From Saprospiraceae bacterium (GTDB lineage: Bacteria > Bacteroidota > Bacteroidia > Chitinophagales > Saprospiraceae): a stretch of 64,000 nucleotides of DNA. Under the pieces are notes generated by a model that worked only from the letters and a program-made list of their open reading frames with translations, was not told the origin of the DNA and searched no databases. Shown one piece after another: positions 46,016 through 55,196 of this stretch (position 1 is the stretch's first letter; every line of letters starts with the position of its first letter). The stretch covers positions 1,262 through 65,261 of the forward strand of contig JBDTWI010000008.1 of assembly GCA_040006775.1 (NCBI GenBank), in the 5' to 3' direction. Made by a program: the position numbers and the translations under genes.

Positions 46016-47164
46016 ATGTTATTTAGTGAAGAAAAAGATTCTGTTCAAGAGAAATTGTCTTATCCAAAAGGACTATGGCGTGATCAACTTATAGGACAGG
46101 ATCAGTTGCTCATTCAGATAAGTATAATACTTGAAGCTAAGCAATTTCCACATTGTTCCATAGTGTCTGGTTTAGCTGGTAATGAGCAGTTGTTAGTTGG
46201 TTTGCATATTGCACAATCTTTATTGTGTATTTCAGAAGACAAACCTTGTGGAGTATGTTCTGGTTGTTATAAATCAAATAAGTTAATACATCCTGATCTT
46301 CACTTTTCATTTCCTGTTGTGGGAGCAGCGGAAGAAGCAGTCAATCACTATGAACAATTTCGTGAAGCTGTTCAAAAAAATCCCTATTTAAATGTTCAAG
46401 ATTGGCTGGTAAATTCTGAAAATGAAAACAAGCAAGCAAACATAAGTGTTAAGGAAGCCCGAAGTATTGTAGATCGTTTGTATTTCAAACCATTTGAAGC
46501 AAATTGTACCGTATTAATATTATGGTTACCTGAATATTTGGGAAAAGAATCAAATATCTTACTTAAACTATTGGAAGAACCTCCAGGTAATGCTTTTATT
46601 ATTATGGTTACAGAAGACATAAATTCAATACTTTCAACAGTTAAATCAAGAGCACAGGAATTTAGATTAAAGCCTGTAACAGAAGAATTGCTTTCTGAAT
46701 TTCTAATTAAGACCAAGGGAATTAATAAGTCAAAGGCCAAGGAATTTGCAATTGCATCTGAAGGCAATATTTCAAGTTGCTTAAACTGGCTAGAAGAGGA
46801 GAATGTAAAGTTTCTTGAATTGATTCGGCAAATGTTTCAGAAGGCATATCTACAAGACCCTCAGGGCTATTTAGAATGGATTGAGCAAGTGGCTGAATTG
46901 AAAAAAGATGAGCAAAAGCAATTATTTAGTTTTTTAACCAGCATCTTAAGCCTTTGCATTAGAGCTAAGGCAGATAGTTTGGAGCACACAGCAGACGTAG
47001 AAATATGGAATTATGCCACTAAAATTTCCTCAAAACTAAGCATCGAAGCGATCGAAAATATTGCTGATCTAGCCGACGATTGCAGTTTTGGAATACAAAG
47101 AAATGCAAATCTACGTATCTTGCTCCTTGATTATTTGATTAAACTTTCGACTTTTATACGATAA
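46016..47164 (+). CDS. holB: DNA polymerase III subunit delta-prime
   Basis: 382 aa. Degenerate P-loop (GLAGNEQ), Zn-module cysteines (CGVCSGC) and LLKLLEEPPGNAFIIMVT. A TATCTTTG box at 46004-46011 lies just upstream, so the leader may be very short. Confidence 0.8.
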   Translation: MLFSEEKDSVQEKLSYPKGLWRDQLIGQDQLLIQISIILEAKQFPHCSIVSGLAGNEQLLVGLHIAQSLLCISEDKPCGVCSGCYKSNKLIHPDLHFSFPVVGAAEEAVNHYEQFREAVQKNPYLNVQDWLVNSENENKQANISVKEARSIVDRLYFKPFEANCTVLILWLPEYLGKESNILLKLLEEPPGNAFIIMVTEDINSILSTVKSRAQEFRLKPVTEELLSEFLIKTKGINKSKAKEFAIASEGNISSCLNWLEEENVKFLELIRQMFQKAYLQDPQGYLEWIEQVAELKKDEQKQLFSFLTSILSLCIRAKADSLEHTADVEIWNYATKISSKLSIEAIENIADLADDCSFGIQRNANLRILLLDYLIKLSTFIR

Positions 47165-47183
47165 GTCGATTAAAAAATATAGT

Positions 47184-48506
47184 ATGGGTTGTTCAGGTTG
47201 TAGTACCGGAGGTTCTGGTACACCTACTGGTTGTGGTGATAAAGGCCATTGTAGTAGTGGAGGATGTAATAAGCTTAATACCTTCGATTGGCTTACAGTA
47301 ATGGATCTTGAGGATCCTATATCCTATCAATTTTCAGAAATTAGCTTTAAAAATGGTGCTCGAAAGACCTTTTTTAGAATGGTGGATCATCATCTCTATA
47401 CTACTGGAGATTTGGTGGTTGTAGATCTAGGAACTGGCAATTGGGACGTCGGACGCATTGCCTTAATGGGGGATCTTGTGCGACTTCAAATGAAAAAGAA
47501 GAATTTTAAAGAAGATCGAATTACAGGAGAAATAATAAGAAGAGCTAACAACAGGGATATCGAACGAATGACAGAATCCCGTAATCTTGAAAAGCCAGGA
47601 CTTATTCGGGCGAGAGTAATTGCTAGGAACTTAGGACTCGATATGAAAGTTGGTGACGTGGAATATCAAGCAGATCAAAAAAAAGCCACATTTTATTACA
47701 CCGCAGACGGCTGGGTTGATTTTAGAGAATTAGTCAAACAATATGCTAAAGACTTTAAAGTCAAAATTGAAATGAGACAGATCGGCTCACGTCAAGAATC
47801 TGCACGAATTGGTGGAATTGGAAGTTGTGGAAGAGAATTGTGTTGTTCCACATGGCTAACTGATTTCAAAACTGTGAGTACAACTGCTGCCAGATATCAA
47901 AACATTGCGATTAACCAATCCAAACTTTCCGGACAATGTGGAAGATTAAAATGCTGTCTTAATTATGAATTAGACATGTATATTGAAGAATTGGAAAAGT
48001 ATCCTAATGACGTAGAGTACCTTAAAGCGAGAAATGGAAGTGCTAGCTTAGTTAAAGTTGATATCTTCAAAGGAAAACTTTATTACTTGTACGAGCCTCA
48101 TAAAGGAAGAAGTACGGTAATGCCACTTTCACCTGAGGAAGTAAGAAGAATTAAAGCCATGAATGATAAGGGCCAAATGCCAGACGATATCATCGCAACG
48201 GAAGAACCACAGGTGGAATTAAAGAAAGAAGAGCAGTATTTTGATGTCACAGGAGCCGTTGAACTTCCGGATGAAAAGAAGAAGAAGAAGAAGAAGAAAA
48301 GACCTCAACAGAATAATCCGAACAGAAGTCCTATAAATAATGACCCGGGTCCAAAAAATACAATCCCGGCCAAACCTACTGTCGAAAATAAAGAACCAAC
48401 TAAGCCAAGAAGTTCGGAAAATCCAGATCCAAATCCAGAAACGAATGTTCAAAATAAAGATGAACAGAGAAATAAAAATAATCGTTGGTATAATAAAAAG
48501 AAGTAA
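47184..48506 (+). CDS. PSP1-domain protein (RicT/YaaT-like) with Cys/Gly-rich N-terminus and low-complexity basic tail
   Basis: 440 aa. PSP1 core (..SCGRELCCSTWL..GQCGRLKCCLNYE). N-terminal MGCSGCSTGG..CGDKGHCSSGGC. C-terminal K8 and P/N/K-rich tail. The holB-PSP1 adjacency matches the order known from Bacillus holB-yaaT. Confidence 0.85.
   Translation: MGCSGCSTGGSGTPTGCGDKGHCSSGGCNKLNTFDWLTVMDLEDPISYQFSEISFKNGARKTFFRMVDHHLYTTGDLVVVDLGTGNWDVGRIALMGDLVRLQMKKKNFKEDRITGEIIRRANNRDIERMTESRNLEKPGLIRARVIARNLGLDMKVGDVEYQADQKKATFYYTADGWVDFRELVKQYAKDFKVKIEMRQIGSRQESARIGGIGSCGRELCCSTWLTDFKTVSTTAARYQNIAINQSKLSGQCGRLKCCLNYELDMYIEELEKYPNDVEYLKARNGSASLVKVDIFKGKLYYLYEPHKGRSTVMPLSPEEVRRIKAMNDKGQMPDDIIATEEPQVELKKEEQYFDVTGAVELPDEKKKKKKKKRPQQNNPNRSPINNDPGPKNTIPAKPTVENKEPTKPRSSENPDPNPETNVQNKDEQRNKNNRWYNKKK
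48276..48296 (+). repeat. (AAG)7 trinucleotide microsatellite inside the PSP1 gene tail
   Basis: Seven AAG codons followed by AAA encode K8. Confidence 0.9.
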
Positions 48507-48596
48507 GCTAGTGTTTGCTATTTACTCCTTATAACATCAATATTGTGTTATACCGAAATTAGTAAGAGGAGATAAAAGACATTTAAAGATTTCATT

Positions 48597-49319
48597 ATGA
48601 ATCTTAAGTTTATTTTTAAGATATTTATTTTTATGGATATTCTCTTCCAATCAAATAGTTTCCTAATAGCTCAAGCTAATTATTTAAAATACAATTCCCT
48701 GTTAAATGAAGTTGTAGATCCAAATGGGAAAGTAAATTATCAAAAGTTAAAGACAAGAGAAAAATCACTGTTCGAAATCTCAAAAGAACTAAGAACAATA
48801 AAAAATATTGATTCCTGGTCTAAGCCTGATCAATTGGCCTATTGGATCAATTTGTATAATTTACAAATATTGATCGCCCTAACAGAACATTATAAGGTAA
48901 AAAGTATATTAGATATTGAAAATGGAAAAATCTGGGACCTTAAAAAAATAGAGGTAATGGGAACAGCCTATTCATTGAACGAAATAGAAAATGAAATCAT
49001 TAGAAAAAAATTTAAAGAAGCTCGGATTCATTTTGCAATAAATTGTGGTGCAGAGTCATGTCCACCTTTAATGAATAGAAGCTACACTGGAAAAAATCTT
49101 GAAGAACAATTAAATCAAAGAACAAGGGCATTTATAAACAATCCTAAAAATATAGTGTCAATGAATCATACAATAAAGGTGTCAAAAATATTTGACTGGT
49201 TCAAAGATGATTTCGGCAATTTACTCGATTTTATAAATCTTTATTCTGACCATAAATATATTGGTGGCACCAAAGTTGAATATCTGGATTATTCCTGGAA
49301 TTTAAACGAAAAGAAATAA
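48597..49319 (+). CDS. DUF547-family protein (secreted)
   Basis: 240 aa. N-terminal hydrophobic signal. The pattern WINLYNL...L....V.SI.DI and RIHFAINCGAESCPPL is characteristic of DUF547. Confidence 0.7.
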   Translation: MNLKFIFKIFIFMDILFQSNSFLIAQANYLKYNSLLNEVVDPNGKVNYQKLKTREKSLFEISKELRTIKNIDSWSKPDQLAYWINLYNLQILIALTEHYKVKSILDIENGKIWDLKKIEVMGTAYSLNEIENEIIRKKFKEARIHFAINCGAESCPPLMNRSYTGKNLEEQLNQRTRAFINNPKNIVSMNHTIKVSKIFDWFKDDFGNLLDFINLYSDHKYIGGTKVEYLDYSWNLNEKK

Positions 49320-50651
49320 ATGAAAGTCGTAATTATTGGAAATGGAATAGCCGGAACTAATGCTGCGAGATTCATTAGGAAAAAATCAAATAATGAAATT
49401 GTAATGATTTCATCAGAATCTGAATATCCTTATTCCAGAACAGCCTTGATGTATATCTATATGGGGCATATGAAATGGGAACACACCAAATTGTATGAGG
49501 ATAATTTTTGGGATAAAAACAGAATAACTAGAATTTATGATCATGTCAATTCAGTTGATTTTAACAACAAGAATTTAAATTTAAAAAGTGGTACTACAAT
49601 CAATTATGACAAGCTGATTATAGCATCAGGTTCAAAGTCTAATTTTATAGGCTGGCCCGGTCAAAATTTAAAGGGTGTTCAGGGATTATATGGATTACAG
49701 GATCTTCAATTAATGCAAGAAAGAACATACAAAGATGTCAAGCATGCTGTAGTTGTTGGGGGTGGATTAATTGGTGTAGAGATGGCTGAAATGTTACATA
49801 GTAAAGGAATACAAGTTACATTTCTTGTTCGAGAAAAAGGATTTTGGAATCATATTCTGCCAGCAGAGGAATCAAATATGATAGATCGTCATTTACTGTC
49901 TCATGGAATTGATTTGAGATTAGTTGAAGAACTTAAGGAGATTAAAGGAACAGATTGCGTTTCAAGTATTATAACTGGAAGTGGACAAGAAATAAAATGT
50001 GATTTTGTTGGTCTAACAATTGGTGTAAGCCCTAACATTAATTTTGTTTCTGATTCGGAACTATCAACAAATAAAGGAATATTGGTAGATGAGTTTCTTC
50101 AAACTAATCTTGAAGATGTTTATGCAATTGGTGACTGTGCAGAAATGCGAAATCCAAATCTAGGACGAAAAGCAATTGAAGCAGTTTGGTATACTGGAAG
50201 AATTATGGGCCAAACTGTCGCTGAAACTATTTGCGGGAAGAAGAAGAATTACAATCCTGGAATATGGTTTAATTCTGCAAAATTTTTTGATATTGAATAT
50301 CAAGTATATGGCTATGTTCCTGTTGAAGATGCAAATACAGGAAGTCTATATTGGGAGCATTCTAAAAAGAACTGTTCTATTCGATTGGTTTATGATCTCA
50401 GCACAAAAAATATATTGGGATTTAATCTAATGGGAATTCGTTACAGACATGAAGTCTGCGAAAGATGGATTAAAGAAGCTACATCACTTGAGAAAGTGCT
50501 TGAGAATCTTTCTTTGGCAAATTTTGATCCTGAATTTTTTGACGAATATGAATTGGAACTAGTTCAACAGTATAATAATCTTAACCATCGAAATGTTAAA
50601 CTAAAGAAAAGTAGGAATTTAAACTTTGTTTATAATTTTTTAAATAAGTAA
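49320..50651 (+). CDS. FAD/NAD(P)-binding pyridine-nucleotide-disulfide-oxidoreductase-family protein
   Basis: 443 aa. Two Rossmann motifs (VVIIGNGIAGTNAA and VVVGGGLIGVEMAE) plus AIGDCAE. The ATG directly abuts the upstream TAA. Confidence 0.8.
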   Translation: MKVVIIGNGIAGTNAARFIRKKSNNEIVMISSESEYPYSRTALMYIYMGHMKWEHTKLYEDNFWDKNRITRIYDHVNSVDFNNKNLNLKSGTTINYDKLIIASGSKSNFIGWPGQNLKGVQGLYGLQDLQLMQERTYKDVKHAVVVGGGLIGVEMAEMLHSKGIQVTFLVREKGFWNHILPAEESNMIDRHLLSHGIDLRLVEELKEIKGTDCVSSIITGSGQEIKCDFVGLTIGVSPNINFVSDSELSTNKGILVDEFLQTNLEDVYAIGDCAEMRNPNLGRKAIEAVWYTGRIMGQTVAETICGKKKNYNPGIWFNSAKFFDIEYQVYGYVPVEDANTGSLYWEHSKKNCSIRLVYDLSTKNILGFNLMGIRYRHEVCERWIKEATSLEKVLENLSLANFDPEFFDEYELELVQQYNNLNHRNVKLKKSRNLNFVYNFLNK

Positions 50652-50664
50652 AACCAATAAACTA

Positions 50665-52035
50665 ATGGAAATGACTGATCAAAATTCAATTTCAATAAGT
50701 AATCATGAATTTACTTCCTTATTGAATTGGAAGAAAAAGTTATCCTTGGTATTACTACTTATCGGAAGCATAATTCAGCTCTACTATTGGTTTGGAAATC
50801 TTCAAGAAGATCCAATTTTATTTTTATGGATAAGTATGAGTTTATTAGCTATGGGTAGTATTCTCTATACTTATGATTTATATCATGGGAAAAGTTTAGG
50901 AATAAAAAATAATGGAATATGGCAGAGTTCATTGACAAGCAGAGGAGTTATTGGATGGAGTTTAGGGATAATTTTTACAGCCTTTTATATTGTACTCTAC
51001 TGGTTTCCTGAATATCTTGGATTTACGGAATCAGGTAAAAATTCAGGATTAATTAGACTCTTTGACCCACTCTCATACTTTTTAAAGAATCAGCCTGCAA
51101 GTCAATGGTTTGTTTATGGTGTTTTGTATACTTTCATCATTGTTTTATTGGGAGTAAAATTCATTTATAAATATCGACACAATAGATATCAACAAATAAG
51201 AACCATTTCGATAATTTTTTTTCAGAGCATAATTGCTTTTTTGTTACCGGAGATATTAATAAGTTTAAATCTACCTTTTAATGATTTCAAAAATATTTGG
51301 CCATTAAATTATTATTTCTTTTTCAACTGGCACATAGATGAATTGATTCATAATGGGACTTTTGGATTATTTATTTTGTATTGGGGTATTGCATCGACAA
51401 TTATTTTCACACCGATCCTTACTTATTTTTTTGGAAAAAGATGGTATTGTTCTTGGGTATGTGGTTGCGGTGGACTGGCGGAAACAGCAGGTGATTCTTT
51501 TCGTCAACTGTCAGATAAATCAATTAGTTCTTGGAAAGTTGAAAGAATACTTATTCATTCCATATTAGTTTTTGTAGTTCTTATGACTGCTATGGTTTTG
51601 TATACGCGATTTACAGGCAAGGCAAATTTATTTTTTCTGGATAGTTATTTTTTAAGTAAGTGGTATGGCTTCCTTATTGGTTCTGCATTCTCAGGTGTAA
51701 TAGGTGTTGGTTTTTATCCACTAATGGGAAGTAGAGTTTGGTGTAGATTTGGTTGTCCTATGGCTGCATATTTGGGAATATTGCAAAAGACAAAATCAAA
51801 ATTTAGAATAACAACGAATGGAGGACAGTGTATTTCCTGTGGCAACTGTAGTACCTATTGTGAAATGGGTATTGATGTCAAATCTTATGCACAGCGAGGT
51901 CAGGACATTGTACGTGCAAGCTGTGTAGGCTGTGGAATTTGTTCTGCGGTTTGCCCTAGAGGAGTGTTAAGACTTGAAAACGGATCAGTCGATATTGATC
52001 AACGAACAATTAAGACAAGAACAATTATAGACTAG
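50665..52035 (+). CDS. integral-membrane polyferredoxin (NapH/MauN-like 4Fe-4S protein)
   Basis: 456 aa with multiple TM helices. Membrane-proximal Cys motifs (RWYCSWVCGCGG and RVWCRFGCPMAAY). C-terminal 2x[4Fe-4S] motifs (CISCGNCSTYC and CVGCGICSAVCP). Confidence 0.75.
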   Translation: MEMTDQNSISISNHEFTSLLNWKKKLSLVLLLIGSIIQLYYWFGNLQEDPILFLWISMSLLAMGSILYTYDLYHGKSLGIKNNGIWQSSLTSRGVIGWSLGIIFTAFYIVLYWFPEYLGFTESGKNSGLIRLFDPLSYFLKNQPASQWFVYGVLYTFIIVLLGVKFIYKYRHNRYQQIRTISIIFFQSIIAFLLPEILISLNLPFNDFKNIWPLNYYFFFNWHIDELIHNGTFGLFILYWGIASTIIFTPILTYFFGKRWYCSWVCGCGGLAETAGDSFRQLSDKSISSWKVERILIHSILVFVVLMTAMVLYTRFTGKANLFFLDSYFLSKWYGFLIGSAFSGVIGVGFYPLMGSRVWCRFGCPMAAYLGILQKTKSKFRITTNGGQCISCGNCSTYCEMGIDVKSYAQRGQDIVRASCVGCGICSAVCPRGVLRLENGSVDIDQRTIKTRTIID

Positions 52036-52218
52036 TCTGTTGAATCACTAAGTAATTATAGAAAATGCATTTAAAGAAATATGGACTTTCTTTCCTATTT
52101 AATTATTTTAATCCTATTTCTAATAAATTACTTTCAATACCAAAATTTATTTTTTCCTAAATTTCCTATCCTAAAGTTTAAAAATAATCATTCAATATAA
52201 AAATACTAATTCAATGTT

Positions 52219-52920
52219 ATGAATGCACTAATCACAGGATCGAGTAAAGGTATTGGACTAGCTATCGCAAGAAAATTTGCTTCAGAAGGTATTAATTTAA
52301 TTTTATGTTCTAGAAATATTATTGAATTAGAATCTGTTCGAAGTGAATTACTGGAAATCAATTCTAATATTGAAGTACTGTGTTTTGCCAGCGACCTTTC
52401 AACAGCCAATGGTGTTAAAACCCTAGCTGATTTTGTAAAATCAAATGGTTCGTCCTTAAATATTCTTGTAAATAACGCCGGTGTCTATTTATCTGGAAAT
52501 ATTACACAAGAAAATGACGGACTTTTGGAGAAAATGATGAATACAAATTTGTATTCTGCATATTATTTAACCATCGACCTATTAGATTTGATAAAGTCTT
52601 CTAGCCCTTCTTATATTTTTAATATGTGCAGTATTGCTGGAATAAATACTTACCCGAATGGTAGCTTGTATTGTATAAGCAAATTTGCGATGAATGGATT
52701 CAGCAAGTGCCTTCGCGAAGAATTAAAAAAAGATAAGGTAAAAGTGTGTACCATTTATCCTGGAGCAACCTGGTCCGATTCATGGAAAGGTGCAGAAATT
52801 CCTATCTCTAGAATTATGGAAGCTAATGATATTGCAGAAGCCATTTCTTGTTGTTTAAAGATGAGTTCTTCAGCAGTTGTTGAAGAAATTGTAATGAGAC
52901 CACAATTGGGTGATTTATGA
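52219..52920 (+). CDS. short-chain dehydrogenase/reductase (classical SDR)
   Basis: 233 aa. TGSSKGIGLAIA (TGxxxGxG), NNAG and the YxxxK motif as YCISK. Confidence 0.85.
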   Translation: MNALITGSSKGIGLAIARKFASEGINLILCSRNIIELESVRSELLEINSNIEVLCFASDLSTANGVKTLADFVKSNGSSLNILVNNAGVYLSGNITQENDGLLEKMMNTNLYSAYYLTIDLLDLIKSSSPSYIFNMCSIAGINTYPNGSLYCISKFAMNGFSKCLREELKKDKVKVCTIYPGATWSDSWKGAEIPISRIMEANDIAEAISCCLKMSSSAVVEEIVMRPQLGDL

Positions 52921-53585
52921 AAAATAAATTAGTTTCAATTCCATATTTATCGGAACAATTCAGCGAGGAACAAATGCTCACTAAGGCAAAATATTTTTTT
53001 ACTGATATGAATAAACGAAGATCAGTGAGAGAATTTTCTTCTAAACCAGTTTCACTTGAATTAATTCAACAACTTGTATTAACAGCCGGTACGGCACCGT
53101 CCGGCGCAAACAAACAGCCATGGACATTTTGTATAGTTACAAATCCTGAAATTAAAACTCAAATCAAAATAGCTGCAGAACAAGAGGAATTTAAAGCGTA
53201 TAATGGCGGTATGCCTGAAGAATGGTTAGAAGACTTAAGCTATCTTGGAACAGATTGGCATAAGGATTTTCTTGAAATTGCACCGGTACTAATAGTTGTT
53301 TTTCGCAAACCCTATGATTTAGTAGATGGATTTAAAAAAAAGAATTATTATGTACAAGAATCAGTTGGACTCGCTTGCGGATTGCTACTGTCAGCAATAC
53401 ATCAGGCTGGACTTGTTGCGCTAACACATACTCCGAGTCCTATGAATTTTTTGCAAGAAATATTAGCCCGACCTGAGAACGAAAAACCATTCTTGCTCAT
53501 TCCTATTGGATTTCCTGCAGAAAATTGCACAGTACCTGACATCTCTCGAAAAACATTTCAGGAAGTATCTGTTATTTATTCTTGA
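52917..53585 (+). CDS. nitroreductase-superfamily flavoprotein of the iodotyrosine deiodinase (IYD) subgroup
   Basis: 222 aa. NKRRSVREF, TAGTAPSGANKQPWTF, EQEEFKAY, DWHKDFLEIAPVLIVVF, KKKNYYVQESVGLACGLLL and TVPD..RK line up block by block with mammalian IYD as I recall it. ATGA overlap with the SDR gene. Confidence 0.75.
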   Translation: MKNKLVSIPYLSEQFSEEQMLTKAKYFFTDMNKRRSVREFSSKPVSLELIQQLVLTAGTAPSGANKQPWTFCIVTNPEIKTQIKIAAEQEEFKAYNGGMPEEWLEDLSYLGTDWHKDFLEIAPVLIVVFRKPYDLVDGFKKKNYYVQESVGLACGLLLSAIHQAGLVALTHTPSPMNFLQEILARPENEKPFLLIPIGFPAENCTVPDISRKTFQEVSVIYS

Positions 53586-53588
53586 AAC

Positions 53589-54488
53589 ATGAAGTTAGAA
53601 TTTAATAGAGATTTTTTAGGTCATTCTTCTTCAATATATTGTTTGGAAAAGGGACTCAATGAAGATGAGTTTTTTAGTGCGGGTAGTGACAAAAAAATTG
53701 TGCAGTGGAACCTAAATGAAAACATTGGAAAGCAAATTGCTCTAACAGATGATGTAATTTTTTCTATGGCAATAGATCATTCACAGAATGTATTATTTTG
53801 TGGAAGTGAAAAAGGCTATCTCTATAGAATTAATCTAAATGGAGAGCTTAGTGCAAGAATGATCAAGTTTCACACAAAACCAATTTATGGTCTTCAATTG
53901 GTAAAAAATAGTTTGTTTGTTGTATCCGGAGACGGTATACTTTCGGAATTTGACACCAAAGAATTTACTTGTTTAAATGCAACCAAAATATTTTCTAAAG
54001 GCTTGCGATGCCTAGTATATTACATGGAGGAAGAATATATAATTATTGGCGCACAACTTGGAATGTTGTTTAAATATGATTTAAAAAATAAACAAGTTAT
54101 TCAAGTTGCTCAAATTAGTTCAAAAAAAACAATATTTTCATTGGCTATTGATAAGATTGCCAAAGTATTAATTGTAGGAGGAATGGATGCCTTATTAAGA
54201 GTATATGAGCTCAATGATTTTATAGAAAAAAATGTTTCGATCAATGCTCATTGGTTTACAATAAATGATCTCTTAGTCTTGGATAAGCAGCAATTGTTGA
54301 TAAGCGCAAGCAGAGATAAGAAAATAAGAATTTGGAAATTGTCTGACCTAGAACTATTGAAAGAATTTTCAATTCCTAAATTTCCGGGACATTCTCATTC
54401 TGTGAATAAATTACTTTGGTTGGATTCATCAAATAGCTTACTTTCGGCCTCCGATGACAGAACAATAAAGTGCTGGCAGATAAATTGA
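53589..54488 (+). CDS. WD40-repeat beta-propeller protein
   Basis: 299 aa. GH..(I/V)..L repeats ending in WD-like dipeptides (GHSSSIYCL..VQWNL, SRDKKIRIWKL, GHSHSVNKL..SDDRTIKCWQI). Confidence 0.75.
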   Translation: MKLEFNRDFLGHSSSIYCLEKGLNEDEFFSAGSDKKIVQWNLNENIGKQIALTDDVIFSMAIDHSQNVLFCGSEKGYLYRINLNGELSARMIKFHTKPIYGLQLVKNSLFVVSGDGILSEFDTKEFTCLNATKIFSKGLRCLVYYMEEEYIIIGAQLGMLFKYDLKNKQVIQVAQISSKKTIFSLAIDKIAKVLIVGGMDALLRVYELNDFIEKNVSINAHWFTINDLLVLDKQQLLISASRDKKIRIWKLSDLELLKEFSIPKFPGHSHSVNKLLWLDSSNSLLSASDDRTIKCWQIN

Positions 54489-54489
54489 T

Positions 54490-55026
54490 ATGATATTAAG
54501 CGATTTTAAAATTCTAGAAGCTATTAATAAGGGTGAAATTGTTGTGGATCCATTCAGAAAGGAATGTCTGGGAACCAATAGCTATGATGTGCATCTTGGA
54601 AAAACATTGGCAGTGTACATAGACGATGTTTTGGATGCCAAAAAACACAATCGAATTGATTACTTTGCTATTCCAGAGGAAGGATTTATTCTTTTACCAG
54701 GCACGCTTTATCTGGGAGTTACAGAAGAATATACGGAAACGCACAATTCAGTACCATTTCTTGAAGGTAAATCTAGTGTTGGAAGATTGGGAATAGATAT
54801 ACACGCAACTGCAGGAAAAGGAGATGTGGGATTTTGTAATTATTGGACCTTGGAAATTAGTTGTGTTAAGCCTGTTCGAATTTATGCAGGAATGCCTATA
54901 GGACAATTAATTTATTTTGCAGTAGAAGGAGATATAATTAATATGTACAATAAAAAATCATCGGCCAAATACAATGAAAAAATTGCAGTACCGGTTGAAA
55001 GCATGATGTGGAAAAATAAGTTCTGA
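54490..55026 (+). CDS. dcd: dCTP deaminase
   Basis: 178 aa. MILSD..I......GEI.V.P, TNSYDVHLG, GKSSVGRLGI and IGQL.F. Confidence 0.85.
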   Translation: MILSDFKILEAINKGEIVVDPFRKECLGTNSYDVHLGKTLAVYIDDVLDAKKHNRIDYFAIPEEGFILLPGTLYLGVTEEYTETHNSVPFLEGKSSVGRLGIDIHATAGKGDVGFCNYWTLEISCVKPVRIYAGMPIGQLIYFAVEGDIINMYNKKSSAKYNEKIAVPVESMMWKNKF

Positions 55027-55143
55027 TTTTAACCTCCTATATTTCTAAGTTATTCTTGATTATATTGGTGATCATAATGCACAAATTGGATCATTTAAAT
55101 TTTTTATAAAAAATTATTTCAGCAATAGATGTATAATTATTGA

Positions 55144-55196
55144 TTTGACAATTCAAACTAAAATAGAGTTCTTAGAATTGTCAAAAATATTTTTTA
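55144..55196 (+). terminator. candidate terminator of the SDR-IYD-WD40-dcd operon
   Basis: Perfect 11-bp stem: TTTGACAATTC (55144-55154) pairs with GAATTGTCAAA (55175-55185). The loop is 20 nt and TTTTTT follows 4 nt after the stem. Confidence 0.4.

Noticed and set aside
48219-48534. ORFs 48219-48452 (-) and 48340-48534 (+) over the PSP1 tail
   Set aside because: They arise from the A/G-rich low-complexity region, including the AAG microsatellite, and overlap the well-supported PSP1 frame.
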